From the sequence record PX092659.1: a stretch of 64,000 nucleotides of DNA, one strand, 5' to 3'. Shown piece after piece: positions 26,775 to 33,682 of this stretch (position 1 is its first letter; each line of letters starts with the position of its first letter). The notes under the pieces are model-generated. The model ran no database searches and was not told the origin of the DNA. It was given only the letters and a program-made list of their open reading frames with translations. The stretch comes from a phage. A program made the translations under genes and the position numbers.

Positions 26775-26927
26775 ATGGAATGTAGGGAGTTTACTCCAGA
26801 AGAGATAGAGCAGATAAAAGAATCTGCTATGAAAAATGCTAGAATATCTCTGTCACTGGAAGGTATCATTATTAGTGATGTAAACTTTGAAAAAATCAAA
26901 GCCATAGCTGATGAACTGGAAAAGTAA
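26775..26927 (+). CDS. small hypothetical protein (50 aa)
   Basis: ATG after AAGGTAGG; below ORF-track cutoff. Confidence 0.3.
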   Translation: MECREFTPEEIEQIKESAMKNARISLSLEGIIISDVNFEKIKAIADELEK

Positions 26928-26933
26928 TTTAAT

Positions 26934-27009
26934 ACATCCATAGCTCAATGGTTAGAGCTACCGCCTCTTAAGCGGAGGGTTCTAGGTTCAAGTCCTAGTG
27001 GGTGTACCA
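26934..27009 (+). tRNA. tRNA-Lys (anticodon CTT)
   Basis: Acceptor acatcca/tgggtgt, D-stem gctc/gagc, anticodon loop ctcttaa (one A-A mismatch at stem base), T-arm ctagg-ttcaagt-cctag, CCA. Confidence 0.55.
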
Positions 27010-27034
27010 AATTAATTTAGTATGAGAATATACT

Positions 27035-27382
27035 ATGCGTAATGCTAAAGAAGAGCTGTTACTCGCCTTAAAAAATACCAATTCTAAAGTTAAGTGTATT
27101 AAAATAGAATTTGGGTATTATGGGGACAAAAAAGTCTGGGTATTACCTTTAGGTTATACAGAAGAAGACATTGAGGGGTTTCTTAATAACCTAGACTTTG
27201 AATATGATTCTGGATACGGTGGACAATTACTTTATGGTAATGTATGGTTTGCCGATGGAACTTGGCTAGAACGTGGGGAATATGATGGTGCTGAGTGGTG
27301 GGAATACAAGGCTACACCAGCAATCCCAGAGGAATGCCGAACAATTAATGGTGAAGTAGATAATACTTTACGGTTAAACTAA
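27035..27382 (+). CDS. hypothetical protein (115 aa)
   Basis: ORF in plus-strand array. Confidence 0.5.
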   Translation: MRNAKEELLLALKNTNSKVKCIKIEFGYYGDKKVWVLPLGYTEEDIEGFLNNLDFEYDSGYGGQLLYGNVWFADGTWLERGEYDGAEWWEYKATPAIPEECRTINGEVDNTLRLN

Positions 27383-27504
27383 TAAAATTTCAGTGCAGAA
27401 CACGGAGCTAGCAATTCGGAAGTGCTGACTCATGATAAGCTGCCTATGTACTTGCAAAGCGGTCGTGTCCAAGACTCGGACTCTTGCACTGAAAACAATC
27501 AAAC

Positions 27505-27623
27505 ATTCTAGCGTGGTTGATGGGGAAACCAGCTTGGCTAGGGCAGAAGCTCGTTCGATTCGAGTGAAAGAATGGTTCTCGTAAGTCCGCACAAGTGATA
27601 GCAGGTTCGAGTCCTGTCTAGAA
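27505..27623 (+). ncRNA. tRNA-like RNA with a ~105-nt body
   Basis: 7-bp acceptor-like helix attctag/ctagaat closing a region that ends with canonical T-arm gcagg-ttcgagt-cctgt. Confidence 0.3.
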
Positions 27624-27774
27624 TGATACTATAAAGTTTACTTATTGAGTAGGTTCCGATAGATCGGCGGGTCTATTCTGGCAGTTAAGAGAGGTCTCGC
27701 AAACTTCTTTGTCAGCCGTGGGGTTGGTAGCCTCCAGGTGGCCTACACAATAAGTAAATTTATTAAAAATTCAT

Positions 27775-27803
27775 TTGCTATTTCGCTTAATTCTCGGTAT
27801 AAT
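27775..27803 (+). promoter_or_regulatory. T5-type promoter
   Basis: aaaaattcaTTTGCTA-17-TATAAT. Confidence 0.7.
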
Positions 27804-27835
27804 ATATCTTATAAAGTGTTGAGAAGGAAAGCAAA

Positions 27836-28033
27836 ATGAAAAAAGTTTTACTGCTGTCTGTATTCCTACTTACTGGTTGTTTTAAACTTGACTCAACCAT
27901 TAATAAAGAGTATGAATTTGCTAAAAATTTCTGTGGCGGAGAGAGTAATATAAAGAATTTCTACATATATAGTACAATTCCTAGTACCGTTTATTGTGTA
28001 GACGGACGAATTATTAATATTCCTCCACAATAA
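27836..28033 (+). CDS. small lipoprotein (65 aa)
   Basis: Signal peptide with lipobox LLTGC. Confidence 0.5.
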   Translation: MKKVLLLSVFLLTGCFKLDSTINKEYEFAKNFCGGESNIKNFYIYSTIPSTVYCVDGRIINIPPQ

Positions 28034-28042
28034 AAGAATTAA

Positions 28043-28118
28043 CAGTGCGTAGCGCAGTTGGTAGCGTGGGAGCCTTGGATGCTTCGGGTCGCAGGTTCGA
28101 GTCCTGCCGCACTGACCA
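28043..28118 (+). tRNA. tRNA-Pro (anticodon TGG)
   Basis: Acceptor cagtgcg/cgcactg, anticodon arm ggagc-cttggat-gcttc, T-arm gcagg-ttcgagt-cctgc, CCA. Confidence 0.8.
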
Positions 28119-28124
28119 AACAAT

Positions 28125-28202
28125 TGCGGGTTAGATCTCTGGTAGAGATCGCTAGTCTCATAAGCTAGAAAGAGGTAGGTTCGATTCCTGCACCCGCTTC
28201 CA
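28125..28202 (+). tRNA. tRNA with CAT anticodon (Met, fMet or Ile-lysidine), U-U mismatch at 1:72
   Basis: Acceptor tgcgggt/acccgct, D-stem gatc/gatc, anticodon arm ctagt-ctcataa-gctag, T-arm gtagg-ttcgatt-cctgc, CCA. Confidence 0.6.
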
Positions 28203-28222
28203 TTTTAATAGAGGGTTTCGAA

Positions 28223-28390
28223 ATGAAAGTATTTCGATTAGTAGTAAGTGACAAACGTTTAGGTAAGAATACCTCAAAATCCTTACTTGCTCATTATGGA
28301 AAAGATGAGAAAGAAGTAATGGCGGAGTTTGGGATTAATCACCCTTACTTGAAAGTTCACTCTATTAAAGAAGTATATAATGGTTACTAA
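28223..28390 (+). CDS. small hypothetical protein (55 aa)
   Basis: ATG after GAGGG; between tRNA genes; below ORF-track cutoff. Confidence 0.3.
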   Translation: MKVFRLVVSDKRLGKNTSKSLLAHYGKDEKEVMAEFGINHPYLKVHSIKEVYNGY

Positions 28391-28391
28391 T

Positions 28392-28470
28392 AGATCGCTA
28401 GCTCAATAGGTTTAGTAGCATCCGACTTTTAATCGGAAGGTTCTGGGTTCGAGTCCCAGGCGATCTACCA
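28392..28470 (+). tRNA. tRNA-Lys (anticodon TTT)
   Basis: Acceptor agatcgc/gcgatct, anticodon arm tccga-cttttaa-tcgga, T-arm ctggg-ttcgagt-cccag, CCA. Confidence 0.75.
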
Positions 28471-28488
28471 ATTTCAAGAAAAACGCAG

Positions 28489-28517
28489 TTGCTTAATGCG
28501 TAATTTCTTGTTACAAT
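28489..28517 (+). promoter_or_regulatory. T5-type promoter
   Basis: TTGCTT-17-TACAAT; drives a non-coding transcript. Confidence 0.6.
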
Positions 28518-28745
28518 ATTTATATAAATTGATGAGGAGAAATCCTCGTCATAGTTCACTAAGGTATTAGCTCGACCTAGGACTGGCTGCCAAAAAGCAC
28601 GATCCCTACGATTCGGGAGAAGTTCTAGATTAGTCCACTAGATTCAGCGGCAACTGAATAGTGTATCGGGTTTGCGAGATGACGCGGTTCCTTCCGCTCG
28701 AAGCGAAGGTGCTGTAGTTACGCCGAGCTAATAGCCTTAGTAAAC

Positions 28746-28820
28746 TAAAGAATTTGGGCGAATAGTGTCAGCGGGAGCACACCAGACTTGCAATCTGGTA
28801 GGGAGGGTTCGAGTCCCTCT
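28746..28820 (+). tRNA. tRNA-Ala (anticodon TGC)
   Basis: Acceptor gggcgaa/tttgtcc (G-U pairs), anticodon arm ccaga-cttgcaa-tctgg, T-arm gaggg-ttcgagt-ccctc, CCA. Confidence 0.75.
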
Positions 28821-28825
28821 TTGTC

Positions 28826-28902
28826 CACCAAATACGCGTGATTGATGGAATTGGCATACATACCGTCCTTAGAAGTCGGGTTTTGAGGGTTCGAATCCCT
28901 TG
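28826..28902 (+). tRNA. tRNA with TAG anticodon (Leu by anticodon) but class I architecture
   Basis: Acceptor gcgtgat/gtcacgc, anticodon arm ccgtc-cttagaa-gtcgg (one mismatch), 5-nt variable loop, T-arm gaggg-ttcgaat-ccctt, CCA. Confidence 0.55.
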
Positions 28903-29014
28903 TCACGCACCAAATTTGATGGTCAGAGTAAATTAAACCTACTATCTCGGTTGAGCTGTTTTAATGGGTTCGAATCCCAGCGAGGCGTAACTGCCTGGCG
29001 TGATAGAGGCATCA

Positions 29015-29105
29015 TCTTATTACTGGAAGAGCAAATCGAATTGGCGACGAAAACCGCTTGGAAAGTGGCTGACTGGTAAAACGGCTTGAGAGTTCAAATC
29101 TCTCC
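29015..29105 (+). tRNA. tRNA-Ser (anticodon GGA), class II
   Basis: Acceptor ggaagag/ctcttcc, anticodon loop ttggaaa, ~18-nt variable arm, T-arm gagag-ttcaaat-ctctc, CCA. Confidence 0.65.
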
Positions 29106-29134
29106 TCTTCCGCCAAACACTTGAGGTAATAATA

Positions 29135-29482
29135 ATGTTAGCAAAAGATAAAGCTCTAGAGTTTTTAGCATCTTTAGATGAAGATAAGATTATAGATGCT
29201 GCTGAAAAAGCTGGAATGCCCGATTTAACATATCTGGAACGTGCTATTATTGCTCGTGATAAACTACAGAAAGAGTTTGCTATTGCCCAGGAGGAGTTTT
29301 ATACTCGCTATAACGCTCTTACTAAGCAAATTGAAAATGAGTGTTCCCATACTTGGGGAGTAACAGAAAACCTAGGTAATGATCACGATGGCTGGTCTAA
29401 AGTAAAAATTACCTACTATCATCGTAGGACTTGTAAAATTTGTGGAAAAGTAGAAGATTTCACTAGTACGAGTGACTATTAG
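29135..29482 (+). CDS. hypothetical protein (115 aa), C-terminal zinc-ribbon-like
   Basis: CSHTW...CKIC motif; RBS TGAGGTAA. Confidence 0.5.
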   Translation: MLAKDKALEFLASLDEDKIIDAAEKAGMPDLTYLERAIIARDKLQKEFAIAQEEFYTRYNALTKQIENECSHTWGVTENLGNDHDGWSKVKITYYHRRTCKICGKVEDFTSTSDY

Positions 29483-29495
29483 TATAATAAATACT

Positions 29496-29585
29496 AGAAG
29501 ATAGGACGTAGTGGTACGTAACTGGTCTTGAAAACCAGCCCGCTGTAGCGATACGGTGATGGTTCGACTCCATTATCTTCTGCCA
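29496..29585 (+). tRNA. tRNA-Ser (anticodon TGA), class II
   Basis: Acceptor agaagat/atcttct, anticodon arm ctggt-cttgaaa-accag, long variable arm, T-arm gatgg-ttcgact-ccatt, CCA. Confidence 0.8.
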
Positions 29586-29605
29586 ATTAACTATAAGGAA
29601 GTCTT

Positions 29606-29779
29606 ATGAGCAAAACAGTTACTGTAACAATGAAGGACGGTAAAAAATTTAAAGCATGTCTTCATGAAACAGATAAGGGGTGGATGGCTTATTTGCCACA
29701 CCTAGATTCCACCGGGTACGGAATGACCCAACGTGAAGCTATTGTTGATGCTTTAAATGAGGCTTCTGCTGGTTTATAA
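29606..29779 (+). CDS. small HicB/UPF0150-like protein (57 aa)
   Basis: GWMAYLPHLDSTGYGMTQREAIVDALNEA resembles HicB-fold antitoxins; RBS AAGGAAG; no HicA partner seen. Confidence 0.4.
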   Translation: MSKTVTVTMKDGKKFKACLHETDKGWMAYLPHLDSTGYGMTQREAIVDALNEASAGL

Positions 29780-30148
29780 AAAATTCTTGAAGTATGCCGG
29801 AATCGGTAGACGGGGCTGCCTAAAAGGTTTATAGGGAACATCCACTCCCTGCAACATACCTCATAAAGCGGCTGAGATAAATGGTCTATCTCGTGAAGGT
29901 TCAAGTCCTTCTGCTTCTTGATACATCTATGGCTCAAAGTGTAACGGTGCTATTTGATGCTCTTGGTAAGACTTCCCCGACATGCGTTCGGGAGTAAGCT
30001 GCTAAGACTAGAGTAGAAGAGTTTCTGAGAGCCGCCACAATTGAAAATTCGTACTCGTCTTGAGCTGCGTGCAATAGGAGATAACTTGATTAGTATTCTA
30101 GAACATGCTAATTGAGGATGGTTTCGCTAACCCTGCGAGTTTTCAATT

Positions 30149-30225
30149 GTGGCTATATCATAATTGGTTAATGATCCTGATTGTGAATCAGGCCTATGTG
30201 GATTCGAATTCCACTAGCCACCCCA
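30149..30225 (+). tRNA. tRNA-His (anticodon GTG)
   Basis: Acceptor gtggcta/tagccac, D-stem tcat/atga, anticodon arm cctga-ttgtgaa-tcagg, T-arm gtgga-ttcgaat-tccac, discriminator C, CCA; position -1 is T not G. Confidence 0.7.
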
Positions 30226-30250
30226 AATTAACTTAAATAGGAAATAAAAT

Positions 30251-30448
30251 ATGGCTGATTTCTGCAAACAATGCTCCATTGATATGTGGGGCAGAGATAC
30301 TGGTGATCTTTCTGGTTTGATTACAGAAGCTGAGGTCAAAGAAGGTTATGGTGCAGTTGTGATTTGCGAAGGATGCGGAGTTATTCGAGTAGATCATGAA
30401 GGCAAACGTTTAAAAGAACCGGAAAACTTAGGAGAAACAAATGAGTAA
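30251..30448 (+). CDS. small zinc-ribbon protein (65 aa)
   Basis: CKQC...CEGC motif. Confidence 0.45.
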   Translation: MADFCKQCSIDMWGRDTGDLSGLITEAEVKEGYGAVVICEGCGVIRVDHEGKRLKEPENLGETNE

Positions 30449-30677
30449 TGCTTTAATTAGTGAAATTATGTTAACACGTCTTGCAGAACTGCAAACTCTT
30501 CGAGATGAATCTCAGAATAACTTAGCCTATCATAAACAGATGGTAGATACTCTTACTACTCGTATTGAAACTTACGAGCGTGATATTGCAGCATTACAGG
30601 CTCTTTTCTCAGTATCAGCACCAGATACTTTAGAGCAGCCTGTTGTATCTCAGCCAGTAGAAACAGCATCTAGTTAA
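30441..30677 (+). CDS. hypothetical protein (78 aa)
   Basis: Start overlaps upstream stop. Confidence 0.45.
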   Translation: MSNALISEIMLTRLAELQTLRDESQNNLAYHKQMVDTLTTRIETYERDIAALQALFSVSAPDTLEQPVVSQPVETASS

Positions 30678-30686
30678 TAGCATTTT

Positions 30687-30762
30687 TGGAGTGTAGATCA
30701 ATTGGCAGATCGTCGGCCTCTGACTCCGAAGGTTCCTGGTTCGATCCCAGGCACTCCAGCCA
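30687..30762 (+). tRNA. tRNA-Gln (anticodon CTG)
   Basis: Acceptor tggagtg/cactcca, anticodon loop ctctgac, T-arm cctgg-ttcgatc-ccagg, CCA. Confidence 0.7.
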
Positions 30763-30768
30763 AATAAT

Positions 30769-30844
30769 TGGAGAGTAGTGTAACGGTTAGCACAACGGCC
30801 TTTGACTCCGTTAATGGTAGGTTCGATTCCTCCTTCTCCAGCCA
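30769..30844 (+). tRNA. tRNA-Gln (anticodon TTG)
   Basis: Acceptor tggagag/ttctcca, anticodon loop ctttgac, T-loop ttcgatt, CCA; near-duplicate of the previous gene. Confidence 0.7.
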
Positions 30845-30852
30845 AGTAATAA

Positions 30853-30928
30853 GCGGTTAAGCACACGGGTTGTGTCGCAGGCCTTCCAAGCCTCGCTGAG
30901 TAGGGTTCGATTCCCTCTAGCCGCTCCA
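30853..30928 (+). tRNA. tRNA-Gly (anticodon TCC)
   Basis: Acceptor gcggtta/tagccgc, D-stem caca/tgtg, anticodon loop cttccaa, T-loop ttcgatt, CCA; some stem mismatches. Confidence 0.6.
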
Positions 30929-30944
30929 ACTTTAAGGAAACGTT

Positions 30945-31196
30945 ATGCACGTTTTTGAGTTTCGTAATAAAAGTACCGATAAACGAGTTATTGTTATTGG
31001 AGAAACATACCGAGCATACGAACAAACTGACGGCTCTGTCATCCTGAATGATGAGAAAGGAGGTTTTAGCTTTTATCCAGAAGAACCTTATGAAGAGTTT
31101 CGAAAACAATTTAACCTAGACTGGAGAAAGCATTTAAACACTGTTGCTTCATCTGTAGTATTGCCAACTACCAGTACTGTACTATCTAATGGCTGA
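30945..31196 (+). CDS. hypothetical protein (83 aa)
   Basis: ORF with AAGGAAA RBS. Confidence 0.45.
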   Translation: MHVFEFRNKSTDKRVIVIGETYRAYEQTDGSVILNDEKGGFSFYPEEPYEEFRKQFNLDWRKHLNTVASSVVLPTTSTVLSNG

Positions 31197-31353
31197 TAAC
31201 CTAAAAGTCAAGATCGACAAACAAAAGAAACGTGTAGAAGTAGAGATTGGTGAAGAACGTGTAGCCTTCACCTTTGAATTCCTACAACAAATGGCAATGG
31301 TAGTTATGACTGATAAGTCTCCTGTTATTGAAAAAGAAATCCCGTTGAAATAA
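31189..31353 (+). CDS. small hypothetical protein (54 aa)
   Basis: ATG overlapping upstream stop; followed by hairpin cccgtt-gaaata-acggg. Confidence 0.35.
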   Translation: MADNLKVKIDKQKKRVEVEIGEERVAFTFEFLQQMAMVVMTDKSPVIEKEIPLK

Positions 31354-31363
31354 CGGGATCATC

Positions 31364-31438
31364 GCTCCTAAAGCATTGCTGGCGATGCAGTTGCCTTGTA
31401 AGCATCTGAACCGGGTTCGATTCCTGGTGGGAGCACCA
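31364..31438 (+). tRNA. tRNA-Thr (anticodon TGT)
   Basis: Acceptor gctccta/tgggagc, D-stem gcat/atgc, anticodon loop cttgtaa, T-arm ccggg-ttcgatt-cctgg, CCA. Confidence 0.65.
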
Positions 31439-31453
31439 AATTTAAAAATTCAT

Positions 31454-31482
31454 TTGCTTTCTCTCTTATTTATTGTTATAAT
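31454..31482 (+). promoter_or_regulatory. T5-type promoter
   Basis: aaaaattcaTTTGCTT-17-TATAAT. Confidence 0.7.
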
Positions 31483-31512
31483 ATTTATATAAATTAATGA
31501 GAGGGAAACCAA

Positions 31513-31803
31513 ATGAAACGTTATCTTTCTGTTGTGTTCCAAACTGGTGGTCAACGCTATACCTATGAATTTCCTAGCTCTTGGAAGATCAAAGAAGGTG
31601 ATCAAGTAGTAGTGTTAACACCGCGAGATGGATATAAAGTAGTAACGGTTAAACAAGTATTCCCAAAAGATCATGAACCAGCTAAAGGCATTCGCTATAA
31701 GATGATTCATGGTGTGGTTCGTCAAGTACCACGAACTGAGGTAGAAGTAGATAAGACTGGAGAAGCTAAATTCCGTTATACTTCTTACCTAGATAGTGTG
31801 TGA
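31513..31803 (+). CDS. hypothetical protein (96 aa)
   Basis: ORF with GAGGGAAA RBS. Confidence 0.5.
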   Translation: MKRYLSVVFQTGGQRYTYEFPSSWKIKEGDQVVVLTPRDGYKVVTVKQVFPKDHEPAKGIRYKMIHGVVRQVPRTEVEVDKTGEAKFRYTSYLDSV

Positions 31804-31818
31804 TGTAAATATTTTAAT

Positions 31819-31895
31819 GCTTCGGTAGCTTAGCGATCTAAAGCACTCGGCTGATAACCGAGAGATCGGGGGTTTAAATCCCTCCCGGAGTACCA
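31819..31895 (+). tRNA. tRNA-Ile (anticodon GAT)
   Basis: Acceptor gcttcgg/ccggagt, D-stem gctt/aagc, anticodon arm ctcgg-ctgataa-ccgag, T-arm ggggg-tttaaat-ccctc, CCA. Confidence 0.8.
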
Positions 31896-31991
31896 AATTT
31901 AGGAATTAAGACTATGCGTCCAGGAAAGTTTAAAAAAGCTAGTTGGTCTAAAGAGTATAAAGAATACTTACTTAGTCTAATAAAACATAAT

Positions 31992-32067
31992 AGTTAGTTG
32001 GCAGAGTGGTTATGCACCTCCTTCATACGGAGCGACTACAGTGGTTCAAATCCACTACTAACTACCA
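31992..32067 (+). tRNA. tRNA with CAT anticodon (third copy; Met, fMet or Ile-lysidine)
   Basis: Acceptor agttagt/actaact, anticodon loop ttcatac, T-arm agtgg-ttcaaat-ccact, CCA. Confidence 0.65.
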
Positions 32068-32090
32068 AATTCTAACATCGGGGAGATCTA

Positions 32091-32459
32091 ATGAAAGCAT
32101 ATCAAAACCTTAAATCTGGCGTAATTAACCTTGTTCATGAAAATCAGATTATTCAGCTATACTCCGACAACGGTGAACTTAAACAGAAAGTTCTAGTTGA
32201 AGATCTAGAAGGTATCACACCACAATTCGATCCTGAATCCTTCCGTGAAGTTAAGGTGGAAGTCGCCCCTCAAATCGAAGGTGGTCAGCACCTAAATGTC
32301 AATGTATTAAGCCGTGATCAGCTTTTGGATGCACAGAAACATCCTGAAAAATATCCTCAGTTGACCATCCGTGTCTCTGGCTACGCTGTTCGATTTAATG
32401 CACTGACTCGTGAACAACAGAACGACGTTATTAGTCGTACATTTACTCAGGCGATGTAA
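32091..32459 (+). CDS. grcA: autonomous glycyl-radical cofactor (GrcA/YfiD-like)
   Basis: C-terminal [10 protein letters not shown]...[37 protein letters not shown] matches the PFL-type glycyl-radical domain (RVSGY). Confidence 0.8.
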   Translation: MKAYQNLKSGVINLVHENQIIQLYSDNGELKQKVLVEDLEGITPQFDPESFREVKVEVAPQIEGGQHLNVNVLSRDQLLDAQKHPEKYPQLTIRVSGYAVRFNALTREQQNDVISRTFTQAM

Positions 32460-32540
32460 TGGGGTTTGGGTACGATTTCTCCGAACTACGTGGGGTAGTC
32501 GAGCAAACTCCATTTATCTCCCAAGTTTTAGGAGAAATGT

Positions 32541-32855
32541 GTGGATCGAGCATTAAGACGCCATCACCGGCAACGTGTGAAGAACAACCGCAGGAAGTAT
32601 TGGACAGTCTTCCCACATGAAGAAAGCCCTAAGCGGTTAGGTATTATCACTACTACTCCTTGCATCTGTTCTTGTTGGATGTGTGGGAACCCTCGCAAAT
32701 ACTATAAGAATAGTAAAGCAGGCATGAAAATTTCGGAGATTAGGAAAATGGAAGCAATGATTATGGGCATCTCAAATGATGAATTTGATGACTTTGTAGG
32801 ATTCGGAGAAGGAATCAGCTCAGGCTGTTTCGAAGATGAGCGCCCCGATCTGTAA
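32541..32855 (+). CDS. hypothetical Cys-rich protein (104 aa)
   Basis: GTG start after AGGAG; CxCxxC and CG motifs. Confidence 0.45.
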   Translation: MDRALRRHHRQRVKNNRRKYWTVFPHEESPKRLGIITTTPCICSCWMCGNPRKYYKNSKAGMKISEIRKMEAMIMGISNDEFDDFVGFGEGISSGCFEDERPDL

Positions 32856-32867
32856 TTAATAATAAAC

Positions 32868-32900
32868 CCCAGCTATTGAATAAGTAGTCTGGGGTTTTTC
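32868..32900 (+). terminator. intrinsic terminator
   Basis: Stem ccccag/ctgggg then TTTTTC. Confidence 0.65.
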
Positions 32901-32976
32901 TGTATAAAGGTACATAATATATGTATAACAAAATTCATCCACATTAGGTTAATTTAAAAGACTTAATGGAGGTAAT

Positions 32977-33324
32977 ATGAGCCGTACTTATCGTAAACAA
33001 TCTGGTGATCAGTGGTGGAAGTCTAAAGAACAATTCTCTCAAGAATATTCTTTCTTCAAAGAAAATGGCTACTGGATTCGTGTTATTTATGCTAAATCCT
33101 GGGATGATATAAAACAGGAAATGAAGGAAGCAACCATTCGTAATGAGAAAAAGGATGGTTATAACTGGAATTCTATTAGTAAGAATGTTAAGTGGCATTC
33201 TAATAAAATGGTTCGTCAAGGGAATCGTCAAGAACTCCACCGCGTGATGAAAGATCCAGAAAATTACGACTATAATCGCGATCATGACATGCGTAAGCGT
33301 GGATTATGGTGGTGCTATGACTAA
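32977..33324 (+). CDS. hypothetical protein (115 aa), Trp/Lys-rich
   Basis: ORF with GGAGG RBS. Confidence 0.5.
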   Translation: MSRTYRKQSGDQWWKSKEQFSQEYSFFKENGYWIRVIYAKSWDDIKQEMKEATIRNEKKDGYNWNSISKNVKWHSNKMVRQGNRQELHRVMKDPENYDYNRDHDMRKRGLWWCYD

Positions 33325-33341
33325 ATTCTGAAATAATTCAT

Positions 33342-33370
33342 TTGCTAAACCTCTCTTTTCTTGCTATAAT
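33342..33370 (+). promoter_or_regulatory. T5-type promoter
   Basis: aaataattcaTTTGCTA-17-TATAAT. Confidence 0.7.
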
Positions 33371-33400
33371 ATATTTATAAATTGATGAGAGAGGTTTGAA

Positions 33401-33682
33401 ATGAAAACTCGTCTAGACTGTGCTGTTCATGTTCTTGAACACGATGTTGTGGGAACCTGTATGTCTTACCATGAAGCAGGTCGTTTAATTAAAGAACGTG
33501 TGGCAGATGTGTGCGGATTGAAGATTGCTGCTGAGGAAGCTGATGATCTTTTAGGTCAAGCACTAGAGAAAACCGAAATGTTTCTCTGCGATTCTTGTTC
33601 TTGGTGGTGTGAAGCTCACGAACGTTCTTTCAACGATTATGATGTATGTCGTGATTGTAGTGGGGAGGATGAAGATGAATAA
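33401..33682 (+). CDS. hypothetical Cys-rich acidic-tail protein (93 aa)
   Basis: CDSCSWWC...CRDCSGEDEDE tail; stop overlaps next ATG. Confidence 0.5.
   Translation: MKTRLDCAVHVLEHDVVGTCMSYHEAGRLIKERVADVCGLKIAAEEADDLLGQALEKTEMFLCDSCSWWCEAHERSFNDYDVCRDCSGEDEDE

Noticed and set aside
26588-26941. 117-aa minus-strand ORF across tRNA-Asp
   Set aside because: Overlaps a high-confidence tRNA and a plus-strand small ORF; no signals
27893-28123. Minus-strand ORF over lipoprotein gene and tRNA-Pro
   Set aside because: Antisense to a plus-strand ORF with signal peptide and to a tRNA
29689-29937. 82-aa minus-strand ORF
   Set aside because: Antisense to the HicB-like ORF and a T-loop-containing RNA region; plus-strand organisation is consistent across the island
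30630-31109. 159-aa minus-strand ORF spanning three tRNA genes
   Set aside because: Covers tRNA-Gln, tRNA-Gln and tRNA-Gly; tRNA GC-richness creates the open frame
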